Shown here piece by piece: positions 61,479 through 64,000 of a stretch of 64,000 bases of DNA. The notes under the pieces were generated by a model. The model was given only the letters and a program-made list of their open reading frames with translations. It did not search any database and had not been told where the DNA came from. The DNA is from an uncultured Fibrobacterota bacterium. Its GTDB lineage: Bacteria; Fibrobacterota; Chitinivibrionia; Chitinivibrionales; CAYFVL01. The position numbers were made by a program, and so were the translations under genes. Position 1 is the stretch's first letter; every line of letters begins with the position of its first letter. The DNA lies in assembly GCA_964419255.1 (NCBI GenBank), contig CAYQOU010000002.1:44892-108891 (forward strand). The letters run 5' to 3'.

Positions 61479-62765
61479 TCAGACAATCGTCCCGGCGGGG
61501 ATAACCGACCCCTTGGGTATGATCGTAATACCATCCCGTATCCAGTAGGACTCACCATTGTAGTCCTTCTCACCGGTCTTATCCCTGATAACCACACCAT
61601 CACCGATACGCGCATTCTTATCTATGATCGTACGCTCCAGCATGCATCCCTTTCCGATACCTATAGAAGGCAGGCCCTCCTCTTTTCTCTTCTGACTGCT
61701 GAGGATGTGTTCACCTTCGTAAAAGTCGGCTCCCAACATGACTACTTCCCGAAGATTTGAGTTTTCACCGATGATACTCCTCATGCCGATTATCGAATCG
61801 TTTATGTGTGCTCCCGTGATATCCGACCCCTCCACCAGAAGCGAGTCGCGGATATTGGAACGAATCACACGGGTGGGTGGCAGCGATCGGGTGCGGGTAT
61901 ATACCGGCCAGTTGGGCTGGTAGAGCCTAAACGGTGCGTTTTGCCGGGCAAGTTCGATATTGGAATCGAAAAACGCCTGAATTGTTCCGATATCGGCCCA
62001 GTAGTCGGTAAAAGGATAGGCCATGACTTTATACTTGTTGATTGCGGCTGGAAGAATCTCCTTACCAAAATCGGTTTTTTCCTTATTGGCAAGAAGATCC
62101 TTGAGCACTTTGGGCTCAAAGACATACACACCCATGGATGCAAGGCATCGATTCTCGTCGATATCTATTCCCCGGGACTTGAAAATAGTAGGATCTACCG
62201 CCAGCCGCTCCACAACCTCCGGATCTTTCGGTTTCTCTACAAACTCCTCGATTTCCCCCTTGGCATTGACCCTGCATAACCCCATACGGGTAGCTTCGTC
62301 GAAATCGACCGGATACAGGCACAGGCTGATATCGGCTTTATTCTCCGTATGAAAGGCCATCAATTTACGATAATCCATACGGTAGAGGTGATCGCCCGAA
62401 AGAATCAACATCTGAGAGAAATCGTAGTAGGTGGTATGATTGAGAGTGGCTCGCACCGCATCGGCGGTTCCCTGAAACCAGTCGGCCCCCTGAGGGGTCT
62501 GCTCGGCGGCAAGCACCTCCACAAAACCATCACTGAAGGTATCAAACTGGTATGTCTGCATGATATGGCGATGAAGACTGGCGGACATGAATTGAGTAAG
62601 TACCGATACCCGCTTGATGCCCGAGTTGATGCAGTTGGACAGGGGAATATCTATCAGTCGATATTTTCCTGCAAAGCTGACCGCAGGTTTAGATCTCTGG
62701 AGAGTCAGAGGAAACAGACGCGTACCTCTCCCTCCCCCGAGAATCACTGCAGCAATAGAGTTCAT
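61479..62765 (-). CDS. glgC: Glucose-1-phosphate adenylyltransferase
   Basis: GGGRGTRLFPLT, KPAV, WFQGTADAV, LSGDHLY, FVEKP, ASMGVY. Confidence 0.96.
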   Translation of the reverse strand: MNSIAAVILGGGRGTRLFPLTLQRSKPAVSFAGKYRLIDIPLSNCINSGIKRVSVLTQFMSASLHRHIMQTYQFDTFSDGFVEVLAAEQTPQGADWFQGTADAVRATLNHTTYYDFSQMLILSGDHLYRMDYRKLMAFHTENKADISLCLYPVDFDEATRMGLCRVNAKGEIEEFVEKPKDPEVVERLAVDPTIFKSRGIDIDENRCLASMGVYVFEPKVLKDLLANKEKTDFGKEILPAAINKYKVMAYPFTDYWADIGTIQAFFDSNIELARQNAPFRLYQPNWPVYTRTRSLPPTRVIRSNIRDSLLVEGSDITGAHINDSIIGMRSIIGENSNLREVVMLGADFYEGEHILSSQKRKEEGLPSIGIGKGCMLERTIIDKNARIGDGVVIRDKTGEKDYNGESYWIRDGITIIPKGSVIPAGTIV

Positions 62766-62880
62766 ATGTCCTCCTGATTATCCAATATATTGTGAAAGTT
62801 GTGTCTACAACACCGTGTGCCAGAGGCTATTTGCCCCTCCGCATGCATCTCTTCTCTTCGCAGTGAAAAGATAAAAATGG

Positions 62881-62940
62881 TACCTGGATTAAGTTTTTCT
62901 CTCGTGTTGATTCGCTCAGAACCGCTCAATTCAGGGTTAA
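62881..62940 (+). repeat. MITE-like repeat, copy E (degenerate)
   Basis: TACCTGGATTAAG...TCTCTCG...ATTCGCTCAGAACCGCTCAATTCAGGGT. Confidence 0.75.
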
Positions 62941-63108
62941 AATATAAATGGTACCTGTTACCGGCGCATTAGAAGATCCGTCGATTACTGATGTTTTCCA
63001 TAAAAAGAACCGCAGCCCCTCAAATAATGTCGACAAAATCAAACAGCTGGTCTAACTTCCGATCTGACGAGCCTTTAAGTGTATCGTTAAATCACGGCGG
63101 AGCCAATC

Positions 63109-63144
63109 AAAAAAAAGGCGAATCTCACCGGAGAGACCCGCCTT
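63109..63144 (-). terminator. Intrinsic terminator
   Basis: Minus strand AAGGCGGGTCTC...GAGATTCGCC followed by T8. Confidence 0.75.
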
Positions 63145-63169
63145 GGCATCGTCGGTGTGGACGATCCGG

Positions 63170-64000
63170 TTAGAAATAATAACCGAGGTTTATGTTGAAC
63201 CGATAATTCCATTCGGGATCGGCCGCTCCAGCTGCCAAATCAGGCACTCGACCATCTGTTATCCAGGGATGATTGTATGCGGCAATAAGATCGACATAGG
63301 TGAAAATCGGTCCGGCCGCAATCGATGCACCGAACACGTTTTGCTGGGTGTTCTCAAAATCGTCATTATCCTTTGCCATGTACGTGTAATCGTCATAGAA
63401 CGTAACCGTTGCCGGTCCGATATCGAAAGGTAATGTGTATGCCAATCCCACGGTATACAGTGCTGCCTGTGAGGCAACCAGATAGGTGTCGCCGTATGCC
63501 CCCATCGTTATTGCCTCGATATCGTCTCCCCCGGCATCCTGTGCATCGAAGTTATACAATATCGTATGTGCCTTGAGGTTGATCTGTCCGACGGTTGCAT
63601 CCAGATGAACCGCTCCGGCATATCTGTTGGACCAGGCATCATCCCCGAGATTATCGTTGTAAATCTGTCCGTACTGACCCGAAAGGCCGAATTCGATGTT
63701 TCCGAAATATCCCATATCGATAACGTATGCACCACGAAGGTTGAACTGATTCTTTTCCTCATAGCTCTGAGCTTCCCCCGGCACAATATCATATGAGTAT
63801 CTGGACGCAGCGGGAACAGCACCTCCGGAAGCTAATCCCCGTGGTTCGGCTTGCAAAAAGTAAGCAAGGGCCAGATCGAAGCTTTTCCAGCGATGTGTAA
63901 GCTTTATCCCCATGTCGTAGTCATCCTCTAATCCAACATAGTATGCCGTCGAAAACCAGTAACTGTGTGAGGCGTAGGTAAGATCTCCAAAGGGGACCTG
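63170..64000 (-). CDS. Outer-membrane beta-barrel/porin, C-terminal part (5' end outside window)
   Basis: Frame open to the window edge (QVPFGDLTYASHSYWFSTAYYVGLEDDYDMG...); terminal RFNINLGYYF barrel signature. Confidence 0.75.
   Translation of the reverse strand, partial: QVPFGDLTYASHSYWFSTAYYVGLEDDYDMGIKLTHRWKSFDLALAYFLQAEPRGLASGGAVPAASRYSYDIVPGEAQSYEEKNQFNLRGAYVIDMGYFGNIEFGLSGQYGQIYNDNLGDDAWSNRYAGAVHLDATVGQINLKAHTILYNFDAQDAGGDDIEAITMGAYGDTYLVASQAALYTVGLAYTLPFDIGPATVTFYDDYTYMAKDNDDFENTQQNVFGASIAAGPIFTYVDLIAAYNHPWITDGRVPDLAAGAADPEWNYRFNINLGYYF

Noticed and set aside
55888-62940. Repeats as a CRISPR array
   Set aside because: Copies are dispersed between genes, irregularly spaced, in both orientations, and there are no cas genes.
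62875-62957. AAATGGTACCTG direct repeat around repeat copy E as a target-site duplication
   Set aside because: The first copy overlaps the repeat end, and other copies lack such duplications.

Overview
64 kb of bacterial chromosome, mostly minus-strand genes, with moderate GC. The gene content suggests Fibrobacterota (Chitinivibrionia/Chitinispirillum-like), and very acidic exported proteins hint at a saline habitat; both points are inference. In order: (1) the end of a phytate-scavenging locus (TonB-dependent receptor, beta-propeller phytase, metallophosphoesterase) next to a decayed ISL3-like fragment; (2) housekeeping genes (pheA, NlpC/P60, gatA, HtrA, truA, holA, waaA, REC-GGDEF); (3) lipoprotein, outer-membrane (OM) barrel, DUF4912 and GH57; (4) tRNA-Thr(CGT); (5) a ~21.6 kb co-oriented envelope block. 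This block holds an Agl-Glt/Tol-Exb-like machine (beta-helix/TSP3/OmpA protein, barrel-TPR fusion, 1229-aa TPR protein, ExbB, two unlike ExbDs, a TonB/GltG-like protein with an L7/L12-CTD-like N-terminus, a separately promoted porin), followed by an NTT/MFS-HEAT-cNMP protein heading a sugar ABC importer operon; (6) long-form guaA; (7) groES-groEL-hrcA-grpE-dnaK-dnaJ behind one CIRCE; (8) HU, a TlpA-HTH fusion, proC and rho, with a 6S-RNA-like rod upstream of rho; (9) RlmI-like methyltransferase, lipoprotein, lpdA, nfo, glgC and a partial porin, interspersed with five ~63-bp palindromic MITE-like repeats and one REP/MITE element. The best candidate for a poorly described system is the envelope motor/import block at 18.6-40.2 kb. 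All calls come from reading motifs by eye; no searches were run.
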